From the NCBI GenBank assembly GCA_046318675.1, contig JBKCUA010000014.1:26466-90465 (forward strand): a stretch of 64,000 bases of DNA. The letters are read 5' to 3'. The notes beneath the pieces were generated by a model, which worked only from the letters and a program-made list of their open reading frames with translations, had not been told where the DNA came from and made no database searches. A program made the translations under genes and the position numbers. This document shows positions 19,403 to 29,532 of the stretch, one piece after another (the first letter of the stretch is position 1; each line of letters starts with the position of its first letter). The DNA is from Holosporales bacterium (GTDB lineage: Bacteria; Pseudomonadota; Alphaproteobacteria; JAJTHO01).

Positions 19403-19708
19403 ATGGTTGCTGTTTCTCCTGTTGTTGCTGATTTTAAATCTATTGCCTCCGTGGGTGGTGAAAGCCGCATGGTTGCAAAACCCGGCGCATTACCCACGTT
19501 TGCCAGTTTTCTTGAGGACAGCAGCAAAGAATCCCTGAACCTCCAGCGCGGGGCGGAGCGCCTGAGCGGGCAGGCTCTCATGGGCAAGGCCGATCTCACC
19601 GATGTTACCACGGCGGTGAGCAGTGCGGAGATTACTTTGCAAACAATTGTCTCATTGCGGGATCGCTTAGTAGCATCGGTGCAGGAGATTATGCGGATGC
19701 CAGTGTAG
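19403..19708 (+). CDS. fliE: Flagellar hook-basal body protein FliE
   Basis: AEITLQTIVSLRDRLVASVQEIMRMPV, following flgC. Confidence 0.93.
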   Translation: MVAVSPVVADFKSIASVGGESRMVAKPGALPTFASFLEDSSKESLNLQRGAERLSGQALMGKADLTDVTTAVSSAEITLQTIVSLRDRLVASVQEIMRMPV

Positions 19709-19760
19709 GGAACTAAAGATATAAGTGATTTAATTTGTTATTTTTTATAGGATTTATAGA

Positions 19761-20206
19761 ATGTCGCCAGTCGCCCCCCCCCCCCCCCACCTAATTCACC
19801 TGAACCTGAGGATGATTCTGATGGTCTGGAATTTTTAGGCAAAAAGTTCAAGTCAGATAGTTCAAAAATTTTAGAAGTTTCAGAAGTTTCAAATGAGAAA
19901 ACACTAGTATCTAGTGATAAAAATGCTATTTTTTATGCGGTGAGAATTGATGATGAATATAAAGATAAAGAAAAAGAAACTGAGTTTCTAAAAAGATACA
20001 TACACTTCTATGACGCTGCTCATGTTGACGATGCGCTTAGTTGTTTTTCTCAGGCTAAAAAGGATTTTGGGAATCAACAGGTTCAAATGTTCTCAATAAA
20101 TATTCCGCCACTTCAATATTTGAACAGCACCGGGGTCTATTTTGATGTTATTACTTACAATGGTGAGAGTTCCAATTTTATGAATGATAGGACTTTCAAT
20201 AGGTAG
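19761..20206 (+). pseudogene. AT-rich hypothetical gene frameshifted within a C15 tract (phase-variable or assembly error)
   Basis: AGGA plus ATG at 19761, poly-C at 19774-19788. The frame of ORF 19940..20206 is open back to the tract but has TAG at 19757 and no start of its own near it. Confidence 0.7.
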
Positions 20207-20307
20207 CATACTGAGTGCATGGTGCTTGTTCATAAAGAGTGCGGATTCCAGAGGTCATTTCCTCTAAAAATCCTTGGGCTAGCGGGAAAACTCCCTATAC
20301 TCCCCCC

Positions 20308-22119
20308 ATGCTGTTACAGATTTTTGAACCAGGCCAGATGCCGGAGCCTCATGAGAACACGGGTTTTTGCGCCATTGGCATTGATTTAGGCACCAGCAAT
20401 TCGGTGGTATGCTGGATCGACCCTGAAGGCACGCCAGAGATTGCCGTGGATGATGACGATCGCCCCCTGCTCCCTTCGGCGGTGTATTACGGCGGCAAGG
20501 AGCCGTTGGTAGGCTATAAAGCCTTGGCTTTTGCCGCCACGGATTCGGAAAATCTGGTTACATCGGCGAAACGCCTGATGGGCAGCGATGCTCTTATTTC
20601 ATTAGAAAAAAAAATTATTAGTCCAGTGGCGGTAGCGGCGGAAATTTTATTGACCATTCGCCTCCGGGCGGAAAAGGCCTTTGGCCGCCGGGTGGCAGGG
20701 GCAGTTATCACGGTGCCGGCGTATTTTGACGATGCAGCGAGAGCCGCGACCAAACAAGCAGCACACCTGGCCGGGCTGGCCGTGTTGCGCCTGATTAATG
20801 AGCCAACGGCGGCGGCCTTGGCGTACGGACTGGAGAGTCGCGCCGAGGGTATCTATGCCGTGTATGATCTGGGCGGCGGAACATTTGATGTATCGGTGTT
20901 ACGCTTGCAGCAGGGGATTTTTCAGGTGTTGGCCACGGGCGGGGATACGACCCTTGGCGGGGATGATTTGGACGCTGGGTTATTGGCGGTTTTTCTGGCG
21001 GGAGTGAGTATTGATACGCCGCTTAGTGAGACCGAAAAAAGGCGGATTCTGCCCCTTATCAAAGCCGCACGGGAAGCTTTGACAACCCAAGAAAGTGCCG
21101 ACGTGACGGTACACCTTAAAGGCCGGGATTGCAGCCACCGCCTCACTCGCGCTGATCTTCAGCGCGTCTTGCAACCCTTGTTGGATAGGACATTGGCAAT
21201 TACCGCCGCGGTGCTCCATGAGGCAAGCGTGGACAAAGAGGCACTGGATGGCGTGATTTTGGTGGGCGGCGTAACTCGTACCGGAGCATTGCGCGAGGCG
21301 GTGGGCCGCTTTTTTGGCACCACTGTTTTTGCCGACGTGAACCCCGATGAGGTGGTGGCTATTGGCGCAGCGCGTCAGGCGGCGGCGTTGACCGAGGGAA
21401 GCGAGACAGTGCTTTTAGATGTCACACCCTTGTCGCTGGGCATTGAAACAATGGGCGGTATTGTTGAAAAAGTACTTCACCGTAATAGCCCGATTCCTAC
21501 GGCGCGTTCCCAGGATTTTACCACCTATGCCGATAACCAGACGGGTCTTGTGGTGCATATCCTGCAAGGGGAGCGGGAAACAGTAGAGACGTGCCGCAGC
21601 TTGGGCAAATTTGTGCTGTCCGGCATCCCACCCCTAGCGGCCGGGGCGGCGCGGCTACGCGTCACGTTAGCCATTGATGCCGATGGATTGTTGACAGTAT
21701 CCGCACAAGAACTCAGCACGGGTGCTTATCAAAGTATAGAAGTACAACCTTCTTTAGAAGATGCCACCTTACGCACGATGCTGATAGAAAGCTTACAACA
21801 CGCCGGCGACGATATGCGGGAGCGGCTGCACCGTGAGGCCGTTGTGGATGCCCAGCGGGTGCGTAATGCGCTGGCGTCGGCTCTAGCTGCAGACGCGGCG
21901 TTGCTGACCACTCAGATGGCCGCAACAATTAAAGCCGCCGAAGATACCCTTGCCCAGTGCCTTGAAACCCGGGATCGCGATGCCATTGTTGCGGCGGTGG
22001 CTGGCCTTGAGAAGGCGGCGCGCCCCTTTATCGAGGCGCGTATCAACAAAGCCGTGGGCGCGGCAATGACTGGGGAAAACGTGGACACTGTGCAGGAAAA
22101 AATTATGGGAACTATTTGA
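20308..22119 (+). CDS. hscA: Fe-S assembly Hsp70 chaperone HscA
   Basis: [10 protein letters not shown]-terminus, [39 protein letters not shown]. Confidence 0.92.
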   Translation: MLLQIFEPGQMPEPHENTGFCAIGIDLGTSNSVVCWIDPEGTPEIAVDDDDRPLLPSAVYYGGKEPLVGYKALAFAATDSENLVTSAKRLMGSDALISLEKKIISPVAVAAEILLTIRLRAEKAFGRRVAGAVITVPAYFDDAARAATKQAAHLAGLAVLRLINEPTAAALAYGLESRAEGIYAVYDLGGGTFDVSVLRLQQGIFQVLATGGDTTLGGDDLDAGLLAVFLAGVSIDTPLSETEKRRILPLIKAAREALTTQESADVTVHLKGRDCSHRLTRADLQRVLQPLLDRTLAITAAVLHEASVDKEALDGVILVGGVTRTGALREAVGRFFGTTVFADVNPDEVVAIGAARQAAALTEGSETVLLDVTPLSLGIETMGGIVEKVLHRNSPIPTARSQDFTTYADNQTGLVVHILQGERETVETCRSLGKFVLSGIPPLAAGAARLRVTLAIDADGLLTVSAQELSTGAYQSIEVQPSLEDATLRTMLIESLQHAGDDMRERLHREAVVDAQRVRNALASALAADAALLTTQMAATIKAAEDTLAQCLETRDRDAIVAAVAGLEKAARPFIEARINKAVGAAMTGENVDTVQEKIMGTI

Positions 22120-22134
22120 TAGTTATGGCATAAT

Positions 22135-23934
22135 TTATTGAATATCATTCTGCAATTGTAATGCTTGGCGCATATAGGTCGCCCACACCCGTGCCGGCAA
22201 GCTGCCCCCCGTTACTCTATCCATCGGGGTATTATCATCATTACCCATCCATACCCCCGTTGTTATATCCTCGGCAGAACCTAAAAACCAAGCATCACGA
22301 AAATTTTGACTTGTCCCGGTTTTACCACCGGCAATGGCATCAAGGCGTGCAGCCGTCCCTGTTCCACCGGGGGAATACAACACCGACGATAAAAGTTGCT
22401 GTAGCCCCGCCAACCCTACAGGGGACAAAACACGCTTGGTGAGACGGTTGGGAGTTACATACAATTCTCGCCCCTTTTTCGTGGTTATACGCACCACCCC
22501 ATACGGGCGGACTTGGTATCCTTCTGCTGCTACCGTTGCGTAGGCAGAGGTCAACTCTAATAAATTAACTTCCGATGATCCAAGGGCACTACTTAAGTTC
22601 TGACGAATGGGGCTTTTGATTCCCATAGCCCGAGCCAATGCCGTTACCTTACTGATGCCAACAGCCTGAGCTAAGCGCACCATAGGCACATTGAGCGATT
22701 GGGCAAACGCTTGTTGCAATGTCACGGTACCAAGATGCTGATCGTGAAAATTTTCTGGTACCCATCCTTCAATCGCTAACGGTGTGTCTTCTAATGTACT
22801 GTCAGGCGTGTAGCCTTCCTCTAAGGCTGCCGCTACTACAAATAATTTGAAAGCGGAACCGGGCTGCCGCTGGGCTTGGGTCACACGATTAAACTGGCTA
22901 AATTCATAGTCAATCCCACCAACCATGGCTACCACTGCACCCGTCGCTGAAAGGCTGAGCAGTGCACCCTGCGACACGTTTTTCTGCAATCCTGAAGCAT
23001 TGAGAGTTTCTGTTAAAATCTTTTCCGCAGCTTGCTGTCGCACCAAGCTCATGGTTGTCAGTACAACAATGTCCTCTTCGGGATAGCCAATATATTCGGG
23101 TAATCCGTCAAGCACCCAGTCGGCAAAATAACGGCTTCCTGCCGGAACATTTCCTTTAGCAAAGCGCAAAGGCAGGGCGGCAGCTTTCTTTGCTTCATCT
23201 TCACCCAATAAACCAGCATCAACCATATTGAGTAAAACTTGATCACCTCGGCCTGCTGCTGCCTCTGGACGAACTAAGGGATTAAGCCGTGACGGAGCCT
23301 TGAGCAAACCAATGAGAACCGCCGCCTCCCGACGGTTTAACCGGGTCACTGGCAGGCGAAAATACTTCTCTGACGCTGCCGCAACACCGTATGTGCCGGC
23401 ACCAAAGTAGACTCGATTGAGATAAAGGGTAAGTATCTTATCTTTAGTGAAATACCGTTCAAGCCAATAAGCAATCATTACCTCCCGCAGCTTGCGCGAC
23501 CAGGTACGCTCATGCGTTAGGAACAAATTCTTGGCCAGCTGCTGGGTCAGGGTGCTTCCCCCCTGCACAATACCGCCGGAAAAAATATTCACCATCATGG
23601 CTCTTGCCACGCCGCGCCAATCAATACCACCATGCTGGTAAAAGCGTCTATCCTCTGTCGCCAAGACAGCATTTATCAAATCACGGGGTACATCAGCCAA
23701 GCGCACCGGAGTACCATACAAGTCTCCATAAGTGGCAAGAATGTCCCCTTCGGCCGAGAGCATGGTCACACTGGGTCGCCGCTCAAATGTTGTGACATCG
23801 GCTACTTTAGGCAGATTACTGGCATAGTATCCCACTAACCCGCCGATCAGAAGCACCCCAGCTACCAGCAGTCCCAACCCAACGCGAATGAGATTTTTTT
23901 TCAAAGATACTTTAGAGCGTCTGCGTACAACCAT
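22135..23934 (-). CDS. Class A penicillin-binding protein (PBP1A family)
   Basis: EDRRFY, GGSTLTQQLAKN, RQPGSAFK, SLN and GKTGT motifs. Confidence 0.95.
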   Translation of the reverse strand: MVVRRRSKVSLKKNLIRVGLGLLVAGVLLIGGLVGYYASNLPKVADVTTFERRPSVTMLSAEGDILATYGDLYGTPVRLADVPRDLINAVLATEDRRFYQHGGIDWRGVARAMMVNIFSGGIVQGGSTLTQQLAKNLFLTHERTWSRKLREVMIAYWLERYFTKDKILTLYLNRVYFGAGTYGVAAASEKYFRLPVTRLNRREAAVLIGLLKAPSRLNPLVRPEAAAGRGDQVLLNMVDAGLLGEDEAKKAAALPLRFAKGNVPAGSRYFADWVLDGLPEYIGYPEEDIVVLTTMSLVRQQAAEKILTETLNASGLQKNVSQGALLSLSATGAVVAMVGGIDYEFSQFNRVTQAQRQPGSAFKLFVVAAALEEGYTPDSTLEDTPLAIEGWVPENFHDQHLGTVTLQQAFAQSLNVPMVRLAQAVGISKVTALARAMGIKSPIRQNLSSALGSSEVNLLELTSAYATVAAEGYQVRPYGVVRITTKKGRELYVTPNRLTKRVLSPVGLAGLQQLLSSVLYSPGGTGTAARLDAIAGGKTGTSQNFRDAWFLGSAEDITTGVWMGNDDNTPMDRVTGGSLPARVWATYMRQALQLQNDIQ

Positions 23935-24056
23935 GACTTGCGGTAGCGGTGATAAACGATGGTGTCAATTGCTAGCACTCACCCATTTTGGAAAAAATCC
24001 AACAGTCTTATTAAAGACCATAGCAAATTTTTTATTCCCTTTTACAATATCCTTTA

Positions 24057-26402
24057 ATGTCCCTTCACGCTGCTTATATTGCTGCCCATGCGCCTCTAGT
24101 GGCTGAATTTTGGCGGCATCGTGACGGGTTGGAGTACAGCCGCCGTCATAGCGCTGTTGTGGATACTCTAGCGCGGCGAGCGTTTGCCGAGGCTGCTGCC
24201 CTTACCCCTCCGCCGCCCTGCGCCCTTGTAGCCGTGGGCGGGTATGGCCGGGGGACGTTGGTGCCCTTTTCCGATCTTGATTTGGTTTTACTTTATGAGG
24301 ATACCAATCGAGATAACGCCCTTGCGTCCTTTGCCAGCCGCCTGTTCGGAAGCCTGTGGGACATTGGTTTTAAGGTCAGTCACGCGGCGCGAACGGCACC
24401 AGGACTTTTGGCTGCCGCCGCCTCAGAGCAAACCATTGCCAGTGCCTTTGTGGATGCGCGGTTCTTATGCGGGGATGAGGGAATTTTCACATTGTGTGCC
24501 GGGGTATTTCAAGCGTGGTTGCATGGGGCAGGGCGATCCATTTTTACCGGGGTAAAACAGGCCGAACGGGCCCGACGGGCCGAACGGTACGGGACGGTGT
24601 ATGGCGCGTTAGAGCCTAATCTTAAGGAAAGTATCGGCGGCCTGCGGGATATTCATTACCTGCACTGGATGGCGGGCAGTCTTATGGGCGCTCCCAACCC
24701 GGAATCATGGCCGCTGCAACCGAAGGAACGCCTAGCTCTAATGCAAGGCTGGCGGTTTTTTGCCGGGTTGCGCACGGCGTTGCACCTGTTGTGCACAAAG
24801 GCTGAGGAAAAGCTGAGCTTGTCTTGGCATCCGGAAATTGCCGCGCGCCTTAGCTATCGCGGCGAAGGGGTGATGGCGACAACGCGCCTTCGCCGCAAAG
24901 TGTGGCAACACGGCATTCGTATCAATGCTCTCGCCCAAACTCTCCCCAAGCGGTGGGCGGGGGAAGCCACTAGCGAGGACGAGGCTTTTCTGGCGGCTGT
25001 TTTGAGGCGACGGCCATTGGATAAGCCCCAGCCCTGTGCGGATGGTCTTGTGTTTGTTGAAGCCCTGACATTGGGCAAAATGCCCCTGCACCCCATAGCA
25101 GAAAGCGGTGTTTTGGGGAATATCTGCCCGCCGTTTCGCCACACGGAAGGGTTGATGCAGTTTGATCAAGTGCATACCCTCACCGTTGATGCTCATACCC
25201 TACGGGCGGTGACGTTGGCGCAGGAGTATTGGAACGGGGTGCATCATGAGCATGATCCGGAGGTTTCGTCTCTTGCCGCGTGCCTTGATGAACGTCGCGC
25301 CTTGGTACTGGCAGCCTTATTTCATGATATATGTAAAGGTAAAAAAGGCGATCATTCAACATTGGGGGCTGCTATTGTGCGCCAGATGGGGACGACATGG
25401 AAGCTGCCAGAGCTTGAAATAGAAACCATTGCTTGGCTGGTGGAAAACCATTTACTGATGAGCTTTCATGCCTTCAAGCGCGATGTTCACGATGTGGCGG
25501 CATTGAAACAATTCACGACGACGGTGCAGTCGGTAGAGCGGCTGCGGCTGTTGTACCTGCTCACTGTGGTGGATATGCAGGCAACAAACCCCGGGCTATA
25601 CTCATCTTGGAAGCGTAGCTTGTTGGCGCAGCTCTACCAGTTAGCATTAGCGGTGCTCAGCGGCGGCTTATTGGCACCAACAACCAAGCGCCGGGATAGT
25701 GGGGCTCTGTTGGCGGAACAACCACTGGCCGCATCATTACTGGAACAATTGCCTGATAGTTATTTCAGTGCCTTTACACTGGAACAACAGCGTCGCCACC
25801 TAGGATTACTGCTCCGCCACCAGCAGGGTGAAACCATTGCAATTGATCACCAGAATTATGAAGAGCTTGGCTTTACCGAGATTACATTATGCACCAGCGA
25901 CGCGCCGGGTCTTTTTGCCCGTATCGTGGGGGCATTTGCCTATGCCAAGGCCGATATTGTTGATGCCCGGGTACTATCCTTAAAGGACGGCGTAGTATTA
26001 GATTCTTTTGCTATTCAAGATAGTGGTAAAGCTTACAAATTTGCCGATCAGGTAGGGAGACTGGCCGAAAAGATTCACAGTGTCCTCAGCGGGATGATTG
26101 ATCCCACCGCAACACTGGCCAAATTGCCTAAGCCCGCAGGGCATAGCAGCCGCGTTGTTGTTGATAACACCTCAAGCCCTACGGACACGATTTTGGAGGT
26201 CACTTGCCCCGATCGCCCTGGGCTGCTATACGCCTTGGCTACTATACTGCGTGAGGAGAAAATTCAACTCAGCAATGCAAAAATCGCTACTTTTTCCGGC
26301 CGGGCGATTGATATCTTCTATATCAGGGATGCGTATGGGTTTAAGATCACCCGCGCCGAACGGTTGGAGGGGTTGAAGGAGAAATTGTTGGGAGTGGTGT
26401 AG
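24057..26402 (+). CDS. glnD: Bifunctional uridylyltransferase/uridylyl-removing enzyme
   Basis: AVGGYGRG...SDLDL, EPNLKESIGGLRD, TVDAH...FHDICKG, and two ACT domains. Confidence 0.95.
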   Translation: MSLHAAYIAAHAPLVAEFWRHRDGLEYSRRHSAVVDTLARRAFAEAAALTPPPPCALVAVGGYGRGTLVPFSDLDLVLLYEDTNRDNALASFASRLFGSLWDIGFKVSHAARTAPGLLAAAASEQTIASAFVDARFLCGDEGIFTLCAGVFQAWLHGAGRSIFTGVKQAERARRAERYGTVYGALEPNLKESIGGLRDIHYLHWMAGSLMGAPNPESWPLQPKERLALMQGWRFFAGLRTALHLLCTKAEEKLSLSWHPEIAARLSYRGEGVMATTRLRRKVWQHGIRINALAQTLPKRWAGEATSEDEAFLAAVLRRRPLDKPQPCADGLVFVEALTLGKMPLHPIAESGVLGNICPPFRHTEGLMQFDQVHTLTVDAHTLRAVTLAQEYWNGVHHEHDPEVSSLAACLDERRALVLAALFHDICKGKKGDHSTLGAAIVRQMGTTWKLPELEIETIAWLVENHLLMSFHAFKRDVHDVAALKQFTTTVQSVERLRLLYLLTVVDMQATNPGLYSSWKRSLLAQLYQLALAVLSGGLLAPTTKRRDSGALLAEQPLAASLLEQLPDSYFSAFTLEQQRRHLGLLLRHQQGETIAIDHQNYEELGFTEITLCTSDAPGLFARIVGAFAYAKADIVDARVLSLKDGVVLDSFAIQDSGKAYKFADQVGRLAEKIHSVLSGMIDPTATLAKLPKPAGHSSRVVVDNTSSPTDTILEVTCPDRPGLLYALATILREEKIQLSNAKIATFSGRAIDIFYIRDAYGFKITRAERLEGLKEKLLGVV

Positions 26403-26428
26403 GGCTGGGCGTCAATTCTCGACTTCTA

Positions 26429-26564
26429 TAGCGTGTTGCGTAATTAGCGGTAGACATCGATAAAGTCTTCAGCGCGCTATAAGTTATTTTTGTTCGGCCA
26501 TTCGGACGCGGCACTTTGTGCCGTGCGCTGGTTGCAACTATACTTTTAATTGTGCAACCGGCTA
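26429..26564 (+). mobile_element. MITE-like repeat family A, copy 3 (136 bp), inserted into the tmk stop codon
   Basis: TA at 26427-28 and 26565-66. It overlaps the last codons of tmk. Confidence 0.9.
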
Positions 26565-27193
26565 TAATTGAAGAGCACCTCTATTATTTGCAATCCTTTG
26601 TTTGTTAATGTTTCCACTGACTCATCCGCATTCAACACATGAATTCGTTTCGGTTCTAGGCTCGCCCTGTTCAGAAAACCTTGACGGACTCGTTCATGAT
26701 ACTCATCGGCGTACCCCTCATAGCGATCGTGCCCGCCTAGCCGAGCCTGCCAGCGTTGCCGGGCGACGGCAACAGGAAGATCATAGAGAAAGGTCAGATG
26801 GGGAACGGGAGCGTTGCTGCTGGCCAGATCAATCAGATTTTGCACCGTATCGGCGGGGAGGCCTTCGGCAAAATGCTGGTACGCCCAGGTGGAATCAATA
26901 TAGCGATCGCACAGGACAATGGTGCCCACCGCCAAAGCCGGGCAAATGACATTGGCGAGATGATCCCTCCGTCCAGCGGCAATCACTAACCCAGTAGCTA
27001 GTGGATCAAAACTAGCACAAGCCGCATTGGTAATAAGGGTATGGCGCAGAGCCTCGGCGGCGGGGCTGCCTCCTGGCTCACGTGTTTCCAGAACGGTATG
27101 GCCTTGTTGGCGCAAGGCCAACGCCAACGCCGCCCGCTGGGTGGTTTTTCCGCATCCTTCGCCACCTTCCAAGGTAATAAATAACCCCGGCAT
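26546..27193 (-). CDS. tmk: Thymidylate kinase
   Basis: FITLEGGEGCGKTT, TREPGG, VLCDRYIDSTWAYQ. Confidence 0.97.
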   Translation of the reverse strand: MPGLFITLEGGEGCGKTTQRAALALALRQQGHTVLETREPGGSPAAEALRHTLITNAACASFDPLATGLVIAAGRRDHLANVICPALAVGTIVLCDRYIDSTWAYQHFAEGLPADTVQNLIDLASSNAPVPHLTFLYDLPVAVARQRWQARLGGHDRYEGYADEYHERVRQGFLNRASLEPKRIHVLNADESVETLTNKGLQIIEVLFNYSRLHN

Positions 27194-28339
27194 TTAGCCT
27201 GCTTCACCCGCAACCAAATACATCAGACGGCGACGCAATGCTGTAAAACCACCAACTTTTTGATTGTCTTCACCTACAACCAGAGGGACAGAATAGGCTT
27301 GGCGCAAAGCCTCTCCCTCTAACTTAATAGTCCCAACCTGTTGGCCTTTTTTTAGGGGAGCCTGCAACGGTTCACTATACTGTACACTAGCCTTAAGGTT
27401 GCGAGCAGCAGCCACAGGCAACGTGAGCACCAAATTTTCCGCAGGTGTTAAGAAAACTTGTTTATTCTCACCCAACCATACCGGAGGTGTAATCAAAGGC
27501 TGACCTGCCCTAGCAATGCTGTAGTTATCAAAGTTTAAAAATCCCCACTCAAGTAATGTAATTATATCTTCGGCACGCGCTGCTGGGGAAGGTAGACCCG
27601 CCACCACACCAATCAAGCGGCGACCATGCCGAATGGCCGACCCAACAAAGCCATAACCAGCCTCATCCGTATGCCCAGTTTTAAGACCATCGCCACCTTG
27701 AAAATCTTTTCTAAGCAAAGGATTACGACTTGGCTGGGTAATACCATTCATGGTAAATTCATGAATTGAGTACATTGGGTAATATTCCGGAAAATCTTTG
27801 ATGATGCGCAAGCCTAGTATCGCCAAATCCGCCGCCGTCGATACGTGCCCCGGATCATGCAGGCCAGTGGCATTTCGAAACACGGTGTTCTTCATGCCTA
27901 TTTTTTTGGCTTTTTCCGTCATCAGATCGGCAAAGGCCTCCTCACTACCAGCCAATGATTCAGCAGCCGCAACAGACATATCATTGCCCGAATGCACGAT
28001 AATACCCAGCACAGCATCTTTAACATTAATACGCATACCAGGTTCAATAAAACTGCGGGAGCCTTGCTGGCGCCAAGCTTTTTTACTAACTGTAAACGTA
28101 TCGTCCCATTTCAGGCGGCCATCCTTGATACGCTCAAAAATAAGATAAACAGTCATTAACTTGGTCATGGACGCGGGATACATGACATCATTTGATTCAC
28201 GATCAAACAACACAGTACTGGTATCGGCATCAATCAAAATAGCGTGCTTGGCTCGCAGCACCGGGGGACGCGGCGCGTCGGCCAGAGCGGGAAGTGAGAA
28301 GGCTACTATCAGAAGGAACAGTGCAAAAAGATGCCGCAT
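27194..28339 (-). CDS. dacA: D-alanyl-D-alanine carboxypeptidase (PBP5/DacA family)
   Basis: Signal peptide, PASMTK, SGND, GLKTGHT. Confidence 0.93.
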   Translation of the reverse strand: MRHLFALFLLIVAFSLPALADAPRPPVLRAKHAILIDADTSTVLFDRESNDVMYPASMTKLMTVYLIFERIKDGRLKWDDTFTVSKKAWRQQGSRSFIEPGMRINVKDAVLGIIVHSGNDMSVAAAESLAGSEEAFADLMTEKAKKIGMKNTVFRNATGLHDPGHVSTAADLAILGLRIIKDFPEYYPMYSIHEFTMNGITQPSRNPLLRKDFQGGDGLKTGHTDEAGYGFVGSAIRHGRRLIGVVAGLPSPAARAEDIITLLEWGFLNFDNYSIARAGQPLITPPVWLGENKQVFLTPAENLVLTLPVAAARNLKASVQYSEPLQAPLKKGQQVGTIKLEGEALRQAYSVPLVVGEDNQKVGGFTALRRRLMYLVAGEAG

Positions 28340-28404
28340 GATTTTTTGTCTCCTGGGCGTATTATCGCGGATGGGACGGTGGGGTGGCAACAAGAATATT
28401 GAGG

Positions 28405-28746
28405 TTATGGGGTCTTTTCCAAAAGTGCCTTTATGCTTTGAGCCAAGACGATAGCATCGTTCATATCTATTGCGGAAAAATCTTCGTCCACTTTGTAATC
28501 GGCTTTTTCCCTGACATTATAAAGCGTGCGCCCTTTGACGGACAGTAACCGATCTACTGATTTTGCGCTATTGTTCAGACTGCCCCAGAAACGCTTGTGG
28601 CCGCGTTCTTTTTGGCCGGGTGCAGCAGTGCGGTTGGCGTGGTAAAAAGCAGCATAATACAGGCGGCTTGCCTTACACCGACGTTCACCTTCAAGAGCTG
28701 CGGGTAATGCTAAGGCAACAGCCCAAGCCTCCTGATTTGTCAGCAC
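28405..28746 (-). CDS. HEPN-domain protein (putative toxin/RNase)
   Basis: SRLYYAAF, conserved-looking H, and R-E-K-A-D-Y (Rx2ADY variant). Confidence 0.75.
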   Translation of the reverse strand: MLTNQEAWAVALALPAALEGERRCKASRLYYAAFYHANRTAAPGQKERGHKRFWGSLNNSAKSVDRLLSVKGRTLYNVREKADYKVDEDFSAIDMNDAIVLAQSIKALLEKTP

Positions 28747-29162
28747 AGCGCCACGCCAAGATTAAGATTTTTTCGGACTTCATACGGCAATTGATCGTAT
28801 TCGGGAAAAATAATCTCATCAAATCGATCATGAAGATTTAGCAATGTTTTTTCGATGGATTGCGAATCATTTGCTTCAGGAACGCAGATAGTCGCTTGGA
28901 TAAATTCAAATTCATTAGTCTCATCGTCTTCAGTGGCAGCGTGGACGTTTATTTTGATGCTTGTGTAGTTTGGAAACACTTTTGCGGCCAAGGATGGGAA
29001 CAAGTTTAAAGCATCAACAACGTGGGGGTGCGTTGATAAAAAACGGGTACATTCGTCCTTGTTGCTAATGTCAAAGTGGCCTTGCAAAAACGCGGCATCT
29101 TGTTTTTTGTCCTTTGTAAAAAGGGGCTTATTTTTTAAGAGTGGTGTTTTTCGTTTGGCCAT
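28740..29162 (-). CDS. Hypothetical partner of the HEPN protein (possible antitoxin)
   Basis: GGGAG RBS then MAKRK at 29162. Its stop overlaps the HEPN start by 7 nt. The longer ORF call only runs into repeat A. Confidence 0.65.
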   Translation of the reverse strand: MAKRKTPLLKNKPLFTKDKKQDAAFLQGHFDISNKDECTRFLSTHPHVVDALNLFPSLAAKVFPNYTSIKINVHAATEDDETNEFEFIQATICVPEANDSQSIEKTLLNLHDRFDEIIFPEYDQLPYEVRKNLNLGVALC

Positions 29163-29226
29163 GGGGAACTCCCGGTTGTCACGGGGCGATGGTAGCATAA
29201 GGGTGGTTAATACTTCAATGACGTTA

Positions 29227-29344
29227 TAGCGCGTTGCGTAATTAGCGGTAGATATTGATAAAGTCTTCAGCGCGCTATAAGTTATTTTTGTTCGGCCATT
29301 AGGCCGCGGCACTTTGTGCCGTGCGCTGGTTGCAAGTATACTTT
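29227..29344 (+). mobile_element. MITE-like repeat family A, copy 4, lacking the right terminal repeat
   Basis: Matches the other copies up to ...GGTTGCAAGTATACTTT, then diverges 15 bp before the tRNA 3' end. Confidence 0.85.
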
Positions 29345-29359
29345 ATAAAATTCTTAAAC

Positions 29360-29446
29360 TGGTGCGGTCGAGAAGACTCGAACTTCCACAGGGGTTAACC
29401 TACAGCGACCTCAACGCTGCGCGTCTACCAATTCCGCCACGACCGC
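29360..29446 (-). tRNA. tRNA-Leu(GAG)
   Basis: GCGGTCG acceptor stem, GGAATTGGTAGAC D-loop, anticodon loop TTGAGGT, long variable arm, TTCGA, encoded CCA. Confidence 0.97.
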
Positions 29447-29532
29447 ACTTAAGTGGTTCGTGTAGCAGCCCACGTTTTTTTTGTAAATGACCGAAAAGTC
29501 ACTATCACTTTTTCATTATTTAAGAGTAGAGA

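Noticed and set aside
18913-19611. 232-aa - strand ORF
   Set aside because: Antisense to the well-supported flgC and fliE.
20308-22119. DnaK
   Set aside because: The LLQI.EPG N-terminus and [15 protein letters not shown] pattern indicate HscA.
29163-29312. N-terminal 50 aa of ORF 28740..29312
   Set aside because: It reads through MITE A. A proper RBS and ATG lie at 29162.
28394-29360. Integrative element or prophage at tRNA-Leu
   Set aside because: No integrase and no duplicated tRNA 3' end seen in the window.
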